From: Selenomonas sp. AE3005
GTDB lineage: Bacteria > Bacillota > Negativicutes > Selenomonadales > Selenomonadaceae
Direction of reading: 5' to 3'
NCBI RefSeq assembly: GCF_905233635.1
Contig: NZ_CAJODG010000036.1
Span: 875-64,874, forward strand
Length of the DNA stretch: 64,000 nucleotides
This document shows, in pieces, positions 10,036-21,599 of the stretch. The position numbers and the translations under genes were made by a program. The notes under the pieces were generated by a model that saw only the letters and a program-made list of their open reading frames with translations, made no database searches and was not told the DNA's origin. Position 1 is the stretch's first letter. Every line of letters begins with the position of its first letter.

Positions 10036-11220
10036 TTATTTGTATTCTGCTGCCAGTTTTTTGAACAGGGGCAGGGATTTTTCGATGGTTTCGGTTTTTA
10101 TGCAGTACGCAGCGCGGAAGTAGCCGGGGCAGCCGAAGTCGGCACCAGGAACGAGCAGCAGGTCGTATTTCTTGGCGCGTTCGCAGAAAGCGTAGTCGTC
10201 TTCTTCCAGGCACTTGGGGAAGAGATAGAATGCCCCCTGCGGCTTGACGCATTCAAAACCGGCATCGATAAGGCCCTGGTACAGGAGCTGGCCGTTTTTG
10301 ACGTAGGTGCTGATATCTGATGGCTTGTCGGCACAGCGGCCGATAACCAACTGCCAGAGGGAGGGCGCGTTGACATGCGTCAGCACGCGGGCGGCACCGG
10401 CAATAGCGCCATATACCTTGCCGAAATCAGCCACTTTATTCGGCACTACGATATAGCCAATACGCTCGCCGGGCAGGGAGAAGGATTTACTGTAGGAATA
10501 GCAGACCAGTGTATTGTCGTAGTAATTCGGGATGTACGGCACCGTGTAGCCTTTAAAAGCGATTTCGCGGTATGGTTCATCGGCGATGATAAAGATGGGA
10601 TGGTTGTATTCCTTTTCCTTAGCCTGCAGAATTTCTGCCAGCTTTTTAATCGTGGCCTCCGAGTAAACGGCGCCGCTCGGATTGTTGGGCGAATTGACGA
10701 TTACGGCTTTGGTATGCGGCGTAACCAGCTGTTCAAAGGCGGCAAAGTCAATCTGCCAGTCCTGTGGCTGGGCAGGGACTACGACCAGCTTGCCCCCCAC
10801 TGATTCGACAAAAGCCCGGTATTCCGGGAAGAAAGGTGCAAAGGTGATGTATTCATCTTCCGGCTGGAACAAGGCTTTAAAACAAATGGTGATAGAGGCC
10901 GCAGCGCCGGCCGTCAGGAAAAAGTTTTGCGCGGTGTAATCAGTGCCGAAACGTTTGTTGACACTTGCGGCCAGGGCTGCGCGCGTCTGGGGGTTGCCCG
11001 GGGCGACGGTATAGCCATGTACAGCGCTGGGCTCCATGTTGGTCAGGATATCAATGGCGGTTTCCTTGATAAATTCCGGCGTGGGCACGTTGGGATTGCC
11101 CAGGCTGAAATCGTATATATTTTCCTCGCCCACCTCGGCTGCACGTTTGCGGCCAAATTCAAAGATGGTGCGGATAGTTGATTTCTTGGTACCGAGTTCA
11201 TACATTTTGTCATTTACCAT
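10036..11220 (-). CDS. PLP-dependent aminotransferase class I/II
   Basis: NSPNNPSG, DEPYRE, SYSKSFSLPGERIG. Confidence 0.92.
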   Translation of the reverse strand: MVNDKMYELGTKKSTIRTIFEFGRKRAAEVGEENIYDFSLGNPNVPTPEFIKETAIDILTNMEPSAVHGYTVAPGNPQTRAALAASVNKRFGTDYTAQNFFLTAGAAASITICFKALFQPEDEYITFAPFFPEYRAFVESVGGKLVVVPAQPQDWQIDFAAFEQLVTPHTKAVIVNSPNNPSGAVYSEATIKKLAEILQAKEKEYNHPIFIIADEPYREIAFKGYTVPYIPNYYDNTLVCYSYSKSFSLPGERIGYIVVPNKVADFGKVYGAIAGAARVLTHVNAPSLWQLVIGRCADKPSDISTYVKNGQLLYQGLIDAGFECVKPQGAFYLFPKCLEEDDYAFCERAKKYDLLLVPGADFGCPGYFRAAYCIKTETIEKSLPLFKKLAAEYK

Positions 11221-11304
11221 AAATATCCCTCACTAACAAACAGATTTCATTTTTAATAAAACACTGTTTACATATTAACACATTTTTATAGTAAAATAAA
11301 GCAA

Positions 11305-11336
11305 AATGACCAAAGGCTCGCGGGCCTTTGGTCATT
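11305..11336. terminator. Intrinsic terminator after ahbB
   Basis: Stem AATGACCAAAGGC / GCCTTTGGTCATT. Confidence 0.7.
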
Positions 11337-11345
11337 ATATATCAT

Positions 11346-11837
11346 TTATTCACAAAAATATTTCATGGCGGTCTTTTTCCACTCGTGTTTGGAGTAGAGC
11401 ATAACATGTTTGCTGACGCCGTTGGCCTCCCCCAGCTGTTTTACCACCTGCTCGCATTCTTCCCGGCTGTGGCCATGAACCATGGTATAAAGGTTATAGG
11501 GCCAGTCAGGCGCGGTATTGCGGTCGTAGCAATGTGTTACGGAGGGGCTTTTCGCCATGTTTTGGGCGATTTCATCGAGCCGCGCGGCCGGAACTTCCCA
11601 GGCTACCAGTACGTTGGCACTGAAACCAACTTCACGATGGCGCAGGACAGCGCCCATCTTGCGGATTTTTTTCGTCGCCTGCATATCCCGAATGCGTTCG
11701 AGAAAAACTTCTTCACTGACACCGGCCTGCTCCGCCAGTGTCTTATATGGTTCAGCCACCAGAGGGAAGTCGCCCTGCAGGACGCGAATGATATTTTTAT
11801 CAAGCTCTGTAATATCTTCTGCGGTCATACTGCTCAC
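11346..11837 (-). CDS. ahbB: Siroheme decarboxylase beta subunit (AhbB/NirH-like, Lrp/AsnC fold)
   Basis: LQGDFPL..PY, VTHCYDR, WPYNLYTMVHG, KKTAMKYF. Confidence 0.8.
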   Translation of the reverse strand: MSSMTAEDITELDKNIIRVLQGDFPLVAEPYKTLAEQAGVSEEVFLERIRDMQATKKIRKMGAVLRHREVGFSANVLVAWEVPAARLDEIAQNMAKSPSVTHCYDRNTAPDWPYNLYTMVHGHSREECEQVVKQLGEANGVSKHVMLYSKHEWKKTAMKYFCE

Positions 11838-11839
11838 CC

Positions 11840-12298
11840 TTAATGTAATTTAAACTGCACATTGATTTTGTATTTCTTGTTGGCTTTGAGATTAAGCATA
11901 TCCTCTACACCATTTAAGGACCGCACCTCAGACAGGATTTGCTGCTCTGTTTCCAAATTAGGTGTCAAAAGCGTAAACCACAGGTTATAACGGCCTTCGC
12001 GTTCATAATTGTGCGTTGCGCCAGGGTACGAGTTGATGGACTCGGCTACGGTCTGCATTTTTGACGGGTCAACTTTTAAAGCCACCAATGTCCCCTTGTA
12101 TCCCAGATTATTGGAATCAAAGAACGTGCCAATCCGCCGCAAATAGCCTTCCTGCTTTAGTTCCTGCAGGCGGTTTAAGACTGTTTCCTCGTCTGTGTCG
12201 AGTTCCTCGGCCAGCTTGGCAAAGGGGTGGCTGCATACAGGCAGATTTCCCTGCAGCAAGTTTAATAATGACTTGTCAAAAGCCGTAAGTTCCATCAT
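11840..12298 (-). CDS. ahbA: Siroheme decarboxylase alpha subunit (AhbA/NirD-like)
   Basis: LQGNLPV..HPF, RRIG, THNYER, YNLWFTL; paired with ahbB. Confidence 0.8.
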   Translation of the reverse strand: MMELTAFDKSLLNLLQGNLPVCSHPFAKLAEELDTDEETVLNRLQELKQEGYLRRIGTFFDSNNLGYKGTLVALKVDPSKMQTVAESINSYPGATHNYEREGRYNLWFTLLTPNLETEQQILSEVRSLNGVEDMLNLKANKKYKINVQFKLH

Positions 12299-12366
12299 GA
12301 TAATCCCTCTTCCCGATGGTGTTCCGTATAATATAATAAATGAATCAGATTCACATTTCTCTGATA

Positions 12367-12999
12367 TTATTCTAACAAAGAATCACCGATAACGTCAAGT
12401 AAATCTGAACGCCCTTCATTTTTTAGGGAAGAATACGGCAAAACCGAGATTTCCTTAATGCCTAGCTTGCGTTTGATGGCCGCAATGTTCTTGGCCCGGG
12501 CGTTTTTGCCGATTTTGTCTGCCTTGGTGGCGATAATCAGCACGGGAATGTCATTGTCCACCAGCCAGTTGAACATGTCCACATCAGAGGCCATGGGCTC
12601 ATGACGAATATCAATCAGCTGACAGACAAAACGCAGGCGCGGTGAGGTCAAGAAGTATTCTTCAATAAATTTTGACCAGATTTTGCGGTTTTCCTTGCCG
12701 GTTTTGGCATAGCCGTAGCCGGGCAGGTCCACGAGATAAAAGGCTTTGCGCTCCTCTACCTCAGCGATTTTAATGCCGACTTCAAAGAAGTTAATCGTCT
12801 GCGTCTTGCCGGGCTGGGAGGAAACCCTGGCCAGATTATTGACACGTGTCAAAGAGTTTATCAAGGAGGACTTGCCTACGTTGGAACGGCCGATAAAAAC
12901 GATTTCCGGCAGGTCTTCTTCGGGATACTGGTCCTTTCTGACAGCTGAGGCGATGTATTTGCCCTGGGTGATAATAACCCGTTCTTTGTCATTGCTCAT
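12367..12999 (-). CDS. engB: Ribosome biogenesis GTPase YsxC/EngB
   Basis: GRSNVGKSS, PGKTQ, DLPGYG, TKADK; follows lon as usual. Confidence 0.95.
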   Translation of the reverse strand: MSNDKERVIITQGKYIASAVRKDQYPEEDLPEIVFIGRSNVGKSSLINSLTRVNNLARVSSQPGKTQTINFFEVGIKIAEVEERKAFYLVDLPGYGYAKTGKENRKIWSKFIEEYFLTSPRLRFVCQLIDIRHEPMASDVDMFNWLVDNDIPVLIIATKADKIGKNARAKNIAAIKRKLGIKEISVLPYSSLKNEGRSDLLDVIGDSLLE

Positions 13000-13015
13000 T
13001 TTCTCATCTCCTTGT

Positions 13016-13043
13016 AAAAGCCTTCCCAAACGGGAAGGCTTTT
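13016..13043. terminator. Hairpin between lon and engB
   Basis: AAAAGCCTTCCC-AAAC-GGGAAGGCTTTT. Confidence 0.65.
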
Positions 13044-13048
13044 TATCA

Positions 13049-15352
13049 TCATAATAAAGCTGTCTTTAAAACTTCGTCCATCGATTCTACAGGCACAAAT
13101 TCGAGTTTTTCCCGGACAACTTCGGGAATATCTTCAATATCCTTCTCGTTGTCCTTGGGCAGAATGATGGTTTTCATGCCTTCGCGGTAAGCTGCGAGGA
13201 CCTTTTCTTTCAGGCCGCCGATAGCCAGCACGTGGCCGCGCAGGGTGATTTCCCCGGTCATGGCTACATCGTTTCTGACCTTGCGCCCGGTCAAGGCGGA
13301 AATCATAGCCGTGGCCATGGTAATGCCGGCTGACGGGCCGTCCTTGGGAATAGCCCCTTCCGGCAGGTGAATATGAATATCATCATTTTCGTAGAAATCT
13401 GCAGCCAGTTTCAGCTTATCAGAACGGCTGCGAATATAGGTAAGTCCGGCCTTGGCCGATTCCTGCATAACATCGCCCACCTGTCCGGTGAGGATTAGTT
13501 TGCCCTTGCCTTTCAGCACCGTGACTTCTGTCGGCAGAATTGTGCCGCCAACTTCCGTCCAGGCCATGCCCGTGACTACACCAACCTGCGGCTTTTTTGC
13601 AGCCTTGGTGTCATGGTATTTGGTCTTACCGAGAAAATCGATAAGATTTTTCCTGGTGACCTTTATGGGAGTTTCCTCCCCTTCTACAATTTTACGCGCA
13701 GCCTTGCGGCAGACCTTGCCGATAACGCGTTCCAATTCACGGACACCGGACTCTCTGGTGTAATCAGCGATGATTTTATTAAATACACCGGCACCAATCG
13801 TTATATCCTTGGCTTTTAAGCCGTTCTGTGTCCGCTGGCGGGCCAGCAGATAACGCTTGGCGATTTCCAGTTTTTCCACTTCGGTATAACTGGAAAGCTG
13901 GATTATCTCCATGCGGTCACGCAGGGGGCGCGGAATATTGCCTAAATTATTGGCCGTGACAATCCAAAAGACTTTTGACAAGTCAAATGGTATGTCAACA
14001 AAATGGTCGCTGAAGGTGGAGTTTTGCGCCGGGTCCAAGACTTCCAGCAGAGCTGCTGCCGGGTCGCCGCGATAGTCGCCAGCCAGTTTATCCACTTCGT
14101 CGAGCAGGAACACAGGATTTTTCTTACCCACCTTGCGAATACCATCGATAATGCGGCCGGGCATAGCGCCGACGTAAGTACGGCGATGGCCGCGGATTTC
14201 CGCCTCATCACGAATACCGCCTAAGGAGGCCCGGACAAATTCCCGTCCCGTAGCTCTGGCTACAGACGCCGCCAGCGAGGTCTTGCCCACGCCGGGAGGA
14301 CCGACAAGGCACAGAATCGGCGCACTGCGGTCTTTGGCGAGTTTATGGACAGCCAGATAGTCAAGAATTCTGTCTTTGACTTTCACGAGTCCATAGTGGT
14401 CATCGTCCAGAATCTTTTTGGCAGCGGCAATATCAACATTGTCCACGGATTCATCATTCCAGGGAAGTTCGAGCAGGCAGTCCACATAGTTGCGGATAAC
14501 ACCGGTTTCCGCATGCATATTGTTCATGGTTTCCAAGCGGCTGAGCTCTTTTTCCACGGTCTTGCGGACTTCTTCAGGGTAGTTGCCCTCATGCAGTTTC
14601 TGCAGCAGTTCTTCGACTTCACCTTTGCCGTCTTTATAGCCGAGTTCCTGACGAATGGCCTTTATCTGCTCACGCAGGTAGTAATCCTTTTGGATTTTGT
14701 CCATCTGCTTGCGCACCTGCTTGCCGATTTTTGTTTCCATCTGCAGGATTTCCATTTCCCGGGAAAGTACGGCATAAAGTTTTTCGAGCCGCTCCTTCAC
14801 GTCAATGGCGGCCAGTAGTTCCTGGCGTGTTTCCACCTTAAGATTCAAATGGCTGGCAATAAGGTCAGCCAGCCGGCCGGCATCATCGATAATAGCTACC
14901 GATACTAAAGTCTCCGGCGGAATCTTCTTGGACATGCGCACCCATTCTTCGAACTGATGTACGACAGCACGGTTCAGGGCCTCCATGTTCAGGGAGGTAT
15001 CGATGTGGTCATGAAATTCTTCCACATCTACCGTATCAAAATTTTCCTGTTCATGATACTCGTGGATAAAGGCACGGTGTTTGCCTTCCACCAAAACTCT
15101 GACCAGGTCGCCGGGCAGCTTTATCACCTGCCGTACTTCGGCCACCGTGCCGACTTTATACAGGTCCTGCGGGGTAAACTCTTCCTTTTCCGCATCCATC
15201 TGCGTGGTAAGCATCACCTCGCGGTTTTCCACCATAGCCTCTTCAATAGCAGCCATGGAGCGGTCACGGGCGACGTCTAAATGTATCATCATATAAGGGA
15301 ATACTACCATGCCGCGCAGCGGCAATAATGGCAATGTTCGTGTTTCCGCCAT
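13049..15352 (-). CDS. lon: Lon protease
   Basis: [32 protein letters not shown]. Confidence 0.97.
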   Translation of the reverse strand: MAETRTLPLLPLRGMVVFPYMMIHLDVARDRSMAAIEEAMVENREVMLTTQMDAEKEEFTPQDLYKVGTVAEVRQVIKLPGDLVRVLVEGKHRAFIHEYHEQENFDTVDVEEFHDHIDTSLNMEALNRAVVHQFEEWVRMSKKIPPETLVSVAIIDDAGRLADLIASHLNLKVETRQELLAAIDVKERLEKLYAVLSREMEILQMETKIGKQVRKQMDKIQKDYYLREQIKAIRQELGYKDGKGEVEELLQKLHEGNYPEEVRKTVEKELSRLETMNNMHAETGVIRNYVDCLLELPWNDESVDNVDIAAAKKILDDDHYGLVKVKDRILDYLAVHKLAKDRSAPILCLVGPPGVGKTSLAASVARATGREFVRASLGGIRDEAEIRGHRRTYVGAMPGRIIDGIRKVGKKNPVFLLDEVDKLAGDYRGDPAAALLEVLDPAQNSTFSDHFVDIPFDLSKVFWIVTANNLGNIPRPLRDRMEIIQLSSYTEVEKLEIAKRYLLARQRTQNGLKAKDITIGAGVFNKIIADYTRESGVRELERVIGKVCRKAARKIVEGEETPIKVTRKNLIDFLGKTKYHDTKAAKKPQVGVVTGMAWTEVGGTILPTEVTVLKGKGKLILTGQVGDVMQESAKAGLTYIRSRSDKLKLAADFYENDDIHIHLPEGAIPKDGPSAGITMATAMISALTGRKVRNDVAMTGEITLRGHVLAIGGLKEKVLAAYREGMKTIILPKDNEKDIEDIPEVVREKLEFVPVESMDEVLKTALL

Positions 15353-15427
15353 TTGGTTCCCTCCTCTTCTATCCTAAAATATTAAACAAGGCGCTGCCCT
15401 CTGCAACGCCTTGCTTTGCGTCTACCC

Positions 15428-16699
15428 TCAGGCAGATGCCTCCCCACTGTCAGCCCTCTTTTTCTTTTCGATGGTGAGCACAGGGTCTTTTTTATTATTT
15501 ATCGTTTCTTTGGTTACATGACAAGCTGTAACACCTTCAATCGAGGGAATATCATACATAACATTACGCATGATACCTTCGATAATGGAACGCAGGCCGC
15601 GTGCACCGGTCTTGCGTTTCAGCGCCTCCCGGGCGATGAGTTTTAAGGCCTCATCTTCAAAGGAGAGCTTAACGCCATCAATCTCGAGCAGTTTGGCATA
15701 CTGTTTTACCAGTGCGTTCTTCGGCTTGGTGAGAATGCTGATAAGAGCATCTTCGTCCAAGGATTCCAAGGTTACAACTACAGGCACACGGCCGATAAAC
15801 TCGGGGATAAGCCCGTGTTTGAGCAAATCCTCCGGCAGAATCTTTTTCAGGGACTCGCCCACATTGCGTTTCTGCCGCTTGGACTTGATATCGGCACCAA
15901 AGCCCATCTGTTTTTTACCTAAACGGGCCTCAATGACCTTTTCGATACCGTCAAAGGCACCACCACAAATGAAGAGAATATTGGTGGTATCAATCTGGAT
16001 AAGCTCCTGATGCGGGTGCTTGCGTCCGCCCTGCGGCGGTACGGAGGCCACCGTGCCTTCGAGTATCTTCAGGAGTGCCTGCTGCACGCCTTCGCCGGAA
16101 ACATCACGGGTAATCGACGGATTTTCCGATTTGCGGGCAATCTTATCGATTTCGTCGATGTAGACGATACCGCGTTCCGCCTTTTCCACGTCATAATCAG
16201 CAGCCTGAATGAGTTTTAAGAGGATATTTTCTACGTCCTCACCCACATAGCCGGCCTCTGTAAGTGCCGTGGCGTCGGCAATGGCAAAGGGCACATTGAG
16301 AATTCTGGCCAAAGTCTGAGCCAGCAGGGTTTTACCACTGCCGGTTGGTCCCAGCATGAGGATATTTGACTTTTGCAGTTCCACATCTTCATTCTTGGCC
16401 AGTCCCATATTTATGCGCTTGTAATGATTGTAGACGGCAACGGAGAGGCTTTTTTTCGCGTCATCCTGACCGATAACATACTGGTCAAGTATAGCCCGGA
16501 TGTCCTTCGGTTTCGGGACGTCCTTCAGCTCTACCTCTGCTTCGTCACTGAACTCTTCTTCAATGATTTCATTGCACAGTTCAATACATTCATCACAGAT
16601 ATAGACGCCAGGGCCTGCTACCAGCTTGCGTACCTGTTCCTGGGTTTTACCACAGAAGGAGCATTTGAGCTGGCCTTTCTCATCCCCAAACTTCAACAT
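15428..16699 (-). CDS. clpX: ATP-dependent Clp protease ATPase subunit ClpX
   Basis: CSFCGK zinc finger, [19 protein letters not shown] loop. Confidence 0.97.
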   Translation of the reverse strand: MLKFGDEKGQLKCSFCGKTQEQVRKLVAGPGVYICDECIELCNEIIEEEFSDEAEVELKDVPKPKDIRAILDQYVIGQDDAKKSLSVAVYNHYKRINMGLAKNEDVELQKSNILMLGPTGSGKTLLAQTLARILNVPFAIADATALTEAGYVGEDVENILLKLIQAADYDVEKAERGIVYIDEIDKIARKSENPSITRDVSGEGVQQALLKILEGTVASVPPQGGRKHPHQELIQIDTTNILFICGGAFDGIEKVIEARLGKKQMGFGADIKSKRQKRNVGESLKKILPEDLLKHGLIPEFIGRVPVVVTLESLDEDALISILTKPKNALVKQYAKLLEIDGVKLSFEDEALKLIAREALKRKTGARGLRSIIEGIMRNVMYDIPSIEGVTACHVTKETINNKKDPVLTIEKKKRADSGEASA

Positions 16700-16710
16700 G
16701 ACATCACCCC

Positions 16711-17322
16711 TCAATCGTTTGCGTCAGATTTTTTCGTCCGTTTGGGACGGGTAATTACTTCATCCACAATACCATAGGCCTTGGCCTCCTGGGCAGTCAT
16801 GAAATTATCACGTTCCGTATCAGTATTGATGGCATCTTTGTCTTTGCCGGTCGTGGCCACAAAGATATCATTGATGGTTTCGCGGATACGCTGAATTTCA
16901 CGGGCCTGGATTTGAATATCCGTGGACTGGCCCTGTGCGCCGCCTAATGGCTGGTGAATCATAACACGGGCGTTAGGCAGGGCAAAACGCTTGCCTTTGG
17001 CACCAGCGGTGAGGAGCACTGCTCCCATGCTGGCAGCCTGACCGATACAAATCGTCGAAACGTCCGGCTTGATATACTGCATGGTGTCATAGATAGCCAG
17101 ACCGGCAGTAACAACACCGCCTGGGCTGTTGATGTAAAGATAAATGTCTTTATCCGGGTCCTCAGACTCCAGGAAAAGGAGCTGGGCTACAACAACATTA
17201 GCCACGCTATCATCAATCGGACCGCCGAGGAAGATAATTCTGTCCTTCAGCAGACGGGAATATATATCATAAGCCCGTTCGCCACGGTTAGATTGTTCAA
17301 CGACCATTGGTACATAACTCAT
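16711..17322 (-). CDS. clpP: ClpP protease
   Basis: [24 protein letters not shown]. Confidence 0.97.
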   Translation of the reverse strand: MSYVPMVVEQSNRGERAYDIYSRLLKDRIIFLGGPIDDSVANVVVAQLLFLESEDPDKDIYLYINSPGGVVTAGLAIYDTMQYIKPDVSTICIGQAASMGAVLLTAGAKGKRFALPNARVMIHQPLGGAQGQSTDIQIQAREIQRIRETINDIFVATTGKDKDAINTDTERDNFMTAQEAKAYGIVDEVITRPKRTKKSDAND

Positions 17323-17349
17323 TGGAATACCCCCATACGCAGGGAATTA

Positions 17350-18636
17350 TTAGGCAATGTTGTCAATGATGAACTGTGCCGTCTTCTTGCGGAGTACGGT
17401 AGCAGCCAAATCGCCAACGCGACCCTGCTCTTTAATGATTTTCTGAATCTGTACCGGCGTAGCACCATAAGCGGCAGCCATGCCAGCAACTTCAGCGTCA
17501 AGGTCTTTTGCCTCAACTTTGATATTTTCGGCCTTAGCTACTTCTTCCAGCATCAGGTCGGTCTTAACGTTCTTTTCAGCCGTTTCACGGTAATCTTCGC
17601 GAATCTTGTTGAGGTCAGTGCCGGCATACTGCAGGTACGTCTCAAGATTCATGCCCTGCTGCTCAAGGCGCATAGCCATTTCCTGAATCATAGCGTTTAC
17701 ACGGTTGTCAATCATCACAGCCGGGATGTCAACCGTGATGTTGTTCGTAGCCTGTTCGATAGCCTCAGTGCGCTGCGTATTTTCAGCCTGGCGCTGAGCA
17801 TTTTCTTCCAGGTTCTTGCGAACATCAGCACGGAGTTCAGCAATCGTTTCAAACTTGCTGACTTTCTTAGCCAGTTCATCATCGATAGCCGGCAGTTCCT
17901 TCTGCTTGATGCTGCGGATAGTGCACTTGAACATAGCATCTTTGCCAGCCAGTTCCTTAGAATGATATTCTTCCGGGAACTTCACGTTAACTTCTTTTTC
18001 TTCGCCAATCTTAGCGCCGATGAGCTGATCTTCAAAGCCCGGGATAAAGCTGCCGGAACCAATCTGCAGCGGGTAATCCTGGCCCTTGCCGCCTTCGAAT
18101 GCCTCGCCATTTACAAAACCTTCAAAGTCCAGCGTCGTGAAGTCGCCGTCTTTAACAGCGGAACCTTCCGGAGCGTCTACCATCTTGCCCTGACGGTCCT
18201 GGAAAGTCTTAATCTGCTTTTCCACATCTTCGTCAGTTACTTCAGCGACCTTCTTTTCAACTTTCAGGCCTTTGTATTCGCCCAGGGTAACTTCCGGACG
18301 CGGAGTAACCGTAGCCTTGAACACGAGATCCTTGCCTTCTTCGAGGGTAACGATGTCGATGTCCGGACGGGTTACCGGGTCAATCTTCTGTTCTTCCAGA
18401 GCATCAGCGAATGCCTTGGGAGCAACGATGTCGAATGCTTCCTGCATGATAGCTTCCATGCCTACATTGCGCTCAATGATTTTGCGCGGAGCTTTGCCCT
18501 TGCGGAATCCGGGAATATTTACACGGTTGCCGAGACGCTTTACAGCCTTCTCAGTTGCCTTGGAAACCTCTGCTGCTTCAACCTCAATAGTCAGAGTAAC
18601 CTGCTGGTTTTCACCATTTTCTACAGTAACTTTCAT
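17350..18636 (-). CDS. tig: Trigger factor
   Basis: GFRKGKAP signature, FKBP domain FIPGFEDQL. Confidence 0.97.
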   Translation of the reverse strand: MKVTVENGENQQVTLTIEVEAAEVSKATEKAVKRLGNRVNIPGFRKGKAPRKIIERNVGMEAIMQEAFDIVAPKAFADALEEQKIDPVTRPDIDIVTLEEGKDLVFKATVTPRPEVTLGEYKGLKVEKKVAEVTDEDVEKQIKTFQDRQGKMVDAPEGSAVKDGDFTTLDFEGFVNGEAFEGGKGQDYPLQIGSGSFIPGFEDQLIGAKIGEEKEVNVKFPEEYHSKELAGKDAMFKCTIRSIKQKELPAIDDELAKKVSKFETIAELRADVRKNLEENAQRQAENTQRTEAIEQATNNITVDIPAVMIDNRVNAMIQEMAMRLEQQGMNLETYLQYAGTDLNKIREDYRETAEKNVKTDLMLEEVAKAENIKVEAKDLDAEVAGMAAAYGATPVQIQKIIKEQGRVGDLAATVLRKKTAQFIIDNIA

Positions 18637-18782
18637 TGTCTGGGATGACCTCCTGTATTATCTAAATCATGCGCAGGCATACGTTCGCCAGCCTGCTGCC
18701 GACAATATGCCATACTTTTCATATCATAACACAAGACGCGCAAAAAAACAAGTTTTTTGCGCGTCCTTAAACCCGTTTAGTA

Positions 18783-19376
18783 TTATTTTTTGATAAGATT
18801 CGTCATTCGCTCAACCGGTTTGGTCAGGTCAAAATGACCAGCCAGGGAATCAATCTTTTTCCCTTCCACGAGAATCTGGATTTTTTTGATTTCACTAAAC
18901 TCCGTCAGGGTGTTGACGAGGGAACCTACCAGCATTTCTTCACCGGTGGAACCGCCAATGAACTTCTTGACCAGATTTTCGTCAAAATCTACATAAGCTG
19001 TATCGTCTTTAACCTTGACGCTCTTAATTTTAGCCTGCTTGGGTACAATAGTTGCCAGACCTTTTTCCTTGGTGCCGGACATCAAGGCCTTGAGGGCGGC
19101 GGTATACTTATCATCATTGCCCAGTTTAACGGTTTTCTTTACGGCCACCAGTTTCATGCCCTGTTCATCAGGATAGTACACATTGATGGTCAGTTTGCCG
19201 TTAGTCTGTGTCTTTTCCGCCTCCGGCGTAACCGTCTGCGGCGAACTGCCCTTTTCCGCTGTAATGGCGGATTTGCTGCTTACATCGCCAGCATTATTCT
19301 GTTTATTGTCACAGCCGGGGACGCATAGCAGGATAAGTGCCAACATTGCCAGCAGCATGTAACGCATTTTTTTCAT
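18783..19376 (-). CDS. GerMN-domain lipoprotein
   Basis: Lipobox-like VPGC; GGSTGEEMLV.SLVNTLTEF, ILVEG, GH.DL. Confidence 0.85.
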   Translation of the reverse strand: MKKMRYMLLAMLALILLCVPGCDNKQNNAGDVSSKSAITAEKGSSPQTVTPEAEKTQTNGKLTINVYYPDEQGMKLVAVKKTVKLGNDDKYTAALKALMSGTKEKGLATIVPKQAKIKSVKVKDDTAYVDFDENLVKKFIGGSTGEEMLVGSLVNTLTEFSEIKKIQILVEGKKIDSLAGHFDLTKPVERMTNLIKK

Positions 19377-19395
19377 CTAATCATCTCCCTATAAA

Positions 19396-20442
19396 TCAGC
19401 CGCGGAAATAACGGGCAATGCCCTGCACAATGGCTTTGGCCAGCTTATTCTGATAAGCATCGCTGTTCAGCAATTTTTCCTCACGCGGGTTAGTTATAAA
19501 CGCCAGTTCCACCAGGGAGGCCGGCATGCTGGTATGACGCAGTACATAGTAGTTAGCGGTTTTCACGCCACGGTTGAACAGGCCGCCCGCTTTGGCCAGC
19601 TCGTCATTTAAATATGCTGCCAGCTTTTGACCCCGGCCAGAACCTGCGGCATAATATGTTTCCATGCCATGAGCCGACGGATTGGAAAAAGCATTACAAT
19701 GAATCGATAAGAACAAGGCCGTCTGCGGAACGCGGTTAGCAACATCACAACGCGCCTGCAGCTCCTGCCTGTCCGTAGCATTGACGCCATAAACATCCAC
19801 ATCCGTCGTGCGCGTCATGATTACTTTGGCTCCGGCCTTCGTCAAGAGATTCTGGACTTTCCTGGACACCGCCAGGGAAACACTCTTTTCTTTTACACCT
19901 GTAGGCCCTACAGCACCGCTGTCGCTGCCGCCATGTCCCGGGTCAACGACAATGGTTTTGCCATTAATTCCTGGCGCATTGATATCGCCGCCTTCACCTG
20001 GTTCCAGCACGTCAATGACTATACGGAACGGTTTATTGCTGCGCCGTTCGGCTGGCAGCGTGCTAAGACGATAATTATCGCTGTTTACCTCATTGACAAA
20101 ATCTATGCTGACACGCAGATTATCGCCCTGTTTTTCCAGATTAACCTTTTTCGCTAAATTGCCTTTTAAAGCAATATTGTCTTTCAGCTTGCCCTGACGG
20201 GTATTTTTCATGTCAATAATCAGCTGCCGGCGCAAAAAAGTCATTTCCGTGACTTTATAGTCAGGATTTTCCTCTGTCATACCTATTTCGATACGCAGAG
20301 CTTTACGTCCTTCAACTTCTACATTACTTGTTTGAAAATAATTTAATTCATTTTGACCGGCTGCCTCTGCTTTGAAGGGCAGCATCATCAATACAACTGC
20401 TAAAACGCCCACCAAACTTGCCCAGCGGAATACGTTATTCAT
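19396..20442 (-). CDS. N-acetylmuramoyl-L-alanine amidase (Amidase_3)
   Basis: Signal peptide; DPGHGG, EK, SIHCNA, LVELAFI. Start at ATG 20442 after AAGGAGG. Confidence 0.92.
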   Translation of the reverse strand: MNNVFRWASLVGVLAVVLMMLPFKAEAAGQNELNYFQTSNVEVEGRKALRIEIGMTEENPDYKVTEMTFLRRQLIIDMKNTRQGKLKDNIALKGNLAKKVNLEKQGDNLRVSIDFVNEVNSDNYRLSTLPAERRSNKPFRIVIDVLEPGEGGDINAPGINGKTIVVDPGHGGSDSGAVGPTGVKEKSVSLAVSRKVQNLLTKAGAKVIMTRTTDVDVYGVNATDRQELQARCDVANRVPQTALFLSIHCNAFSNPSAHGMETYYAAGSGRGQKLAAYLNDELAKAGGLFNRGVKTANYYVLRHTSMPASLVELAFITNPREEKLLNSDAYQNKLAKAIVQGIARYFRG

Positions 20443-20455
20443 TAAGTCTGCCTCC

Positions 20456-20656
20456 TTACTCCCCGAGGAGTTCCAATGCCTCTTGGGCCGCTTTTTCGTT
20501 GGCCTCTTCATCCAGGGCTATATCTATTTTGATATAGTCCCCCTCACCTGCCTCAGCAGGGAGATATTCACGGGGGAAATTGACTTTTTTCATCTCGTCC
20601 CCCAGCAACAGTACCGCCAAGCTGCCCTCATAGCGGTCAATATAAGCGGAAATCAT
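20456..20656 (-). CDS. DUF3006-like small protein
   Basis: IDRYEG..AVL, LP....EGD pattern; usual neighbour of ComEC-like hydrolases. Confidence 0.75.
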   Translation of the reverse strand: MISAYIDRYEGSLAVLLLGDEMKKVNFPREYLPAEAGEGDYIKIDIALDEEANEKAAQEALELLGE

Positions 20657-21591
20657 TGTGCGTCCCCTCTTTCCGGCTTGATTTTATAGCTTTTACCATC
20701 GGAGGTTACCACGATGGTACCATTTAGGTCTGTTTCGTAAATTTTCAGTTTCAATGACTGATATTTTTTCATGGTCTGCTTATGCGGATGACCATAGTCA
20801 TTGCCGGCACCGCAGGAAATCAGAACACCTTCCGGCTGTACGGCCCGTAAGAACGCTGCCGAGGAAGATGTCTTGCTGCCATGGTGCCCGGCTTTTAACA
20901 GCGTACTGCGCAAATCACCGGCAAAATTATCGACCATGACTTTTTCCGCCTGCTGTTCAGCATCACCAGTAAACATCATGGAGAAATTACCAAAAATCAG
21001 CTTGCCAACCACCGACTCATTGTTCGGGTCATGATTATCCGTGCTCTTACTGCCTTTTTCCACAACCTCTTTAGGCGGTGACAGCACCTTAAAGCTCACG
21101 CCGCCGCCAAAGTTAAGAACCTCTCCGGCTGTCAGGGCATGACGGGGAATGTTCCTCTGCTTGATAATCTTCATATAACGAAGATATATCTTGGACTTGG
21201 ACGGCATGCCATTGTCATAAACTTCGCCGACTTCGTAATCTTTGAGGACTACACCTTCCACACCGCCAATATGGTCAGCATGCGGATGCGTCAGAATAAG
21301 TTTATCAATGCGTTTAACCTTCGCTTTTTCCAGCTCTGCCCGCAGTTTTTCCTGTTCGTCCAAATCACTGGTGTCGATAAGCACCGTCTGTTCCGCGGTT
21401 TTGATGAGAATTGCGTCTCCCTGCCCCACGTTCAGCATGGTTACGGTAAGCTCATTGTTTTTGTCAACGCTGGCGGCTTTTTCTTCGTTCTGCGCTGCCG
21501 GCTGGTTTGCCGCGTTTGGCGCGCCACAGCCCGTCAGCAGACTGGTAATTAGTAATACCAGCCCCAGAATCATACCTAATTTATTTCGCAT
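20653..21591 (-). CDS. ComEC/Rec2-like metallo-beta-lactamase-fold lipoprotein
   Basis: Lipobox LTGC, VGQGDA, THPHADHIGG, FTGDAE, GHHGS, YGHPH. Confidence 0.9.
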   Translation of the reverse strand: MRNKLGMILGLVLLITSLLTGCGAPNAANQPAAQNEEKAASVDKNNELTVTMLNVGQGDAILIKTAEQTVLIDTSDLDEQEKLRAELEKAKVKRIDKLILTHPHADHIGGVEGVVLKDYEVGEVYDNGMPSKSKIYLRYMKIIKQRNIPRHALTAGEVLNFGGGVSFKVLSPPKEVVEKGSKSTDNHDPNNESVVGKLIFGNFSMMFTGDAEQQAEKVMVDNFAGDLRSTLLKAGHHGSKTSSSAAFLRAVQPEGVLISCGAGNDYGHPHKQTMKKYQSLKLKIYETDLNGTIVVTSDGKSYKIKPERGDAQ

Positions 21592-21599
21592 AATTCACC

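Noticed and set aside
16954..18648. 564-aa plus-strand ORF
   Set aside because: Antisense shadow of tig/clpP; no recognisable motifs; expected from codon bias of highly expressed genes.
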